A stretch of 64,000 bases of DNA from Camelus ferus (Eukaryota): contig NC_045698.1 of the NCBI RefSeq assembly GCF_009834535.1, positions 7,132,001 to 7,196,000 of the forward strand, written 5' to 3'. Position numbers and translations under genes: made by a program. A model generated the notes under the pieces. The model did not search any database, was not told the origin of the DNA, and worked only from the letters and a program-made list of their open reading frames with translations. This document shows positions 63,498 through 64,000 of this stretch, piece by piece. Numbering within the stretch: the first letter of the stretch is position 1; each line of letters starts with the position of its first letter.

Positions 63498-64000
63498 CAA
63501 AACTTCCCCCTTTAAAAGTAACCAGTTAAATCAAGGTGAACAAACCAATAGTGCTTTCGTGAAGATTTTACTCCTCACGTGCATCTTTGAAAAGTGGTTT
63601 GGAAAAACTCCTCTACATGACCTTTGGCTGGAATGAGCCAAAATTCTGCTTCTTCATTGCAATCAATACCAAGATGACAAAGAATAAATTCCATTAAGGA
63701 TGGAATATTCCTTTCTTTTAACAGCTGGTAAAAGATTACTATTTTTAAAAAAGGTAAAGTTCTGCTCCTTGAGGGAAAAATTAAATAAGCGAAAGAATGA
63801 AACAGTATATGTTTTCCCAAAATATCACAGGTTCCTTACAGTAATTTGGCTCATAAGAAGGGTAACTGTAAACTTATTCATATTACCACTCTTTTCTCTT
63901 TTTCAGATCTTTTATTTCCAAATGACTGTCATATGCTAAGTCAAGATAAACCTACAAATGAAAGACGCTATTTCAATCATAAGAAATTAACTGACTACAC

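Noticed and set aside
1..64000. CRISPR arrays, operons, rRNA, intact retroviral or transposase genes
   Set aside because: This is mammalian sequence with no regularly spaced repeats. All transposon ORFs are truncated or degenerate, and the LTRs are solo.

Overview
Mammalian genomic DNA, almost certainly camelid (alpaca/camel), because it carries at least eight copies of the tRNA-Ala(AGC)-derived vic-1-type SINE. The only protein-coding sequence I can support is the terminal exon of ATPSCKMT (FAM173B) on the minus strand at 61332-61559; its upstream exons lie beyond the right edge. The rest is intergenic or intronic sequence dense in L1, L2, L3, MIR, MaLR/ERVL/ERV1 solo LTRs and MER-type DNA transposons. 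Nearly all listed ORFs are spurious or repeat-derived. I found no evidence of a novel gene system. The best leads are an apparent 1-nt frameshift in the ATPSCKMT C-terminal tail, an L1 split base-to-base that suggests a ~4.2 kb inversion (35032-39237), several chimeric or transducing retro-insertions with intact target-site duplications (TSDs), local AT-to-GC substitution patches, and a few motif clusters. Repeat subfamily names come from recalled consensus sequences. Boundaries are approximate unless a TSD is given.
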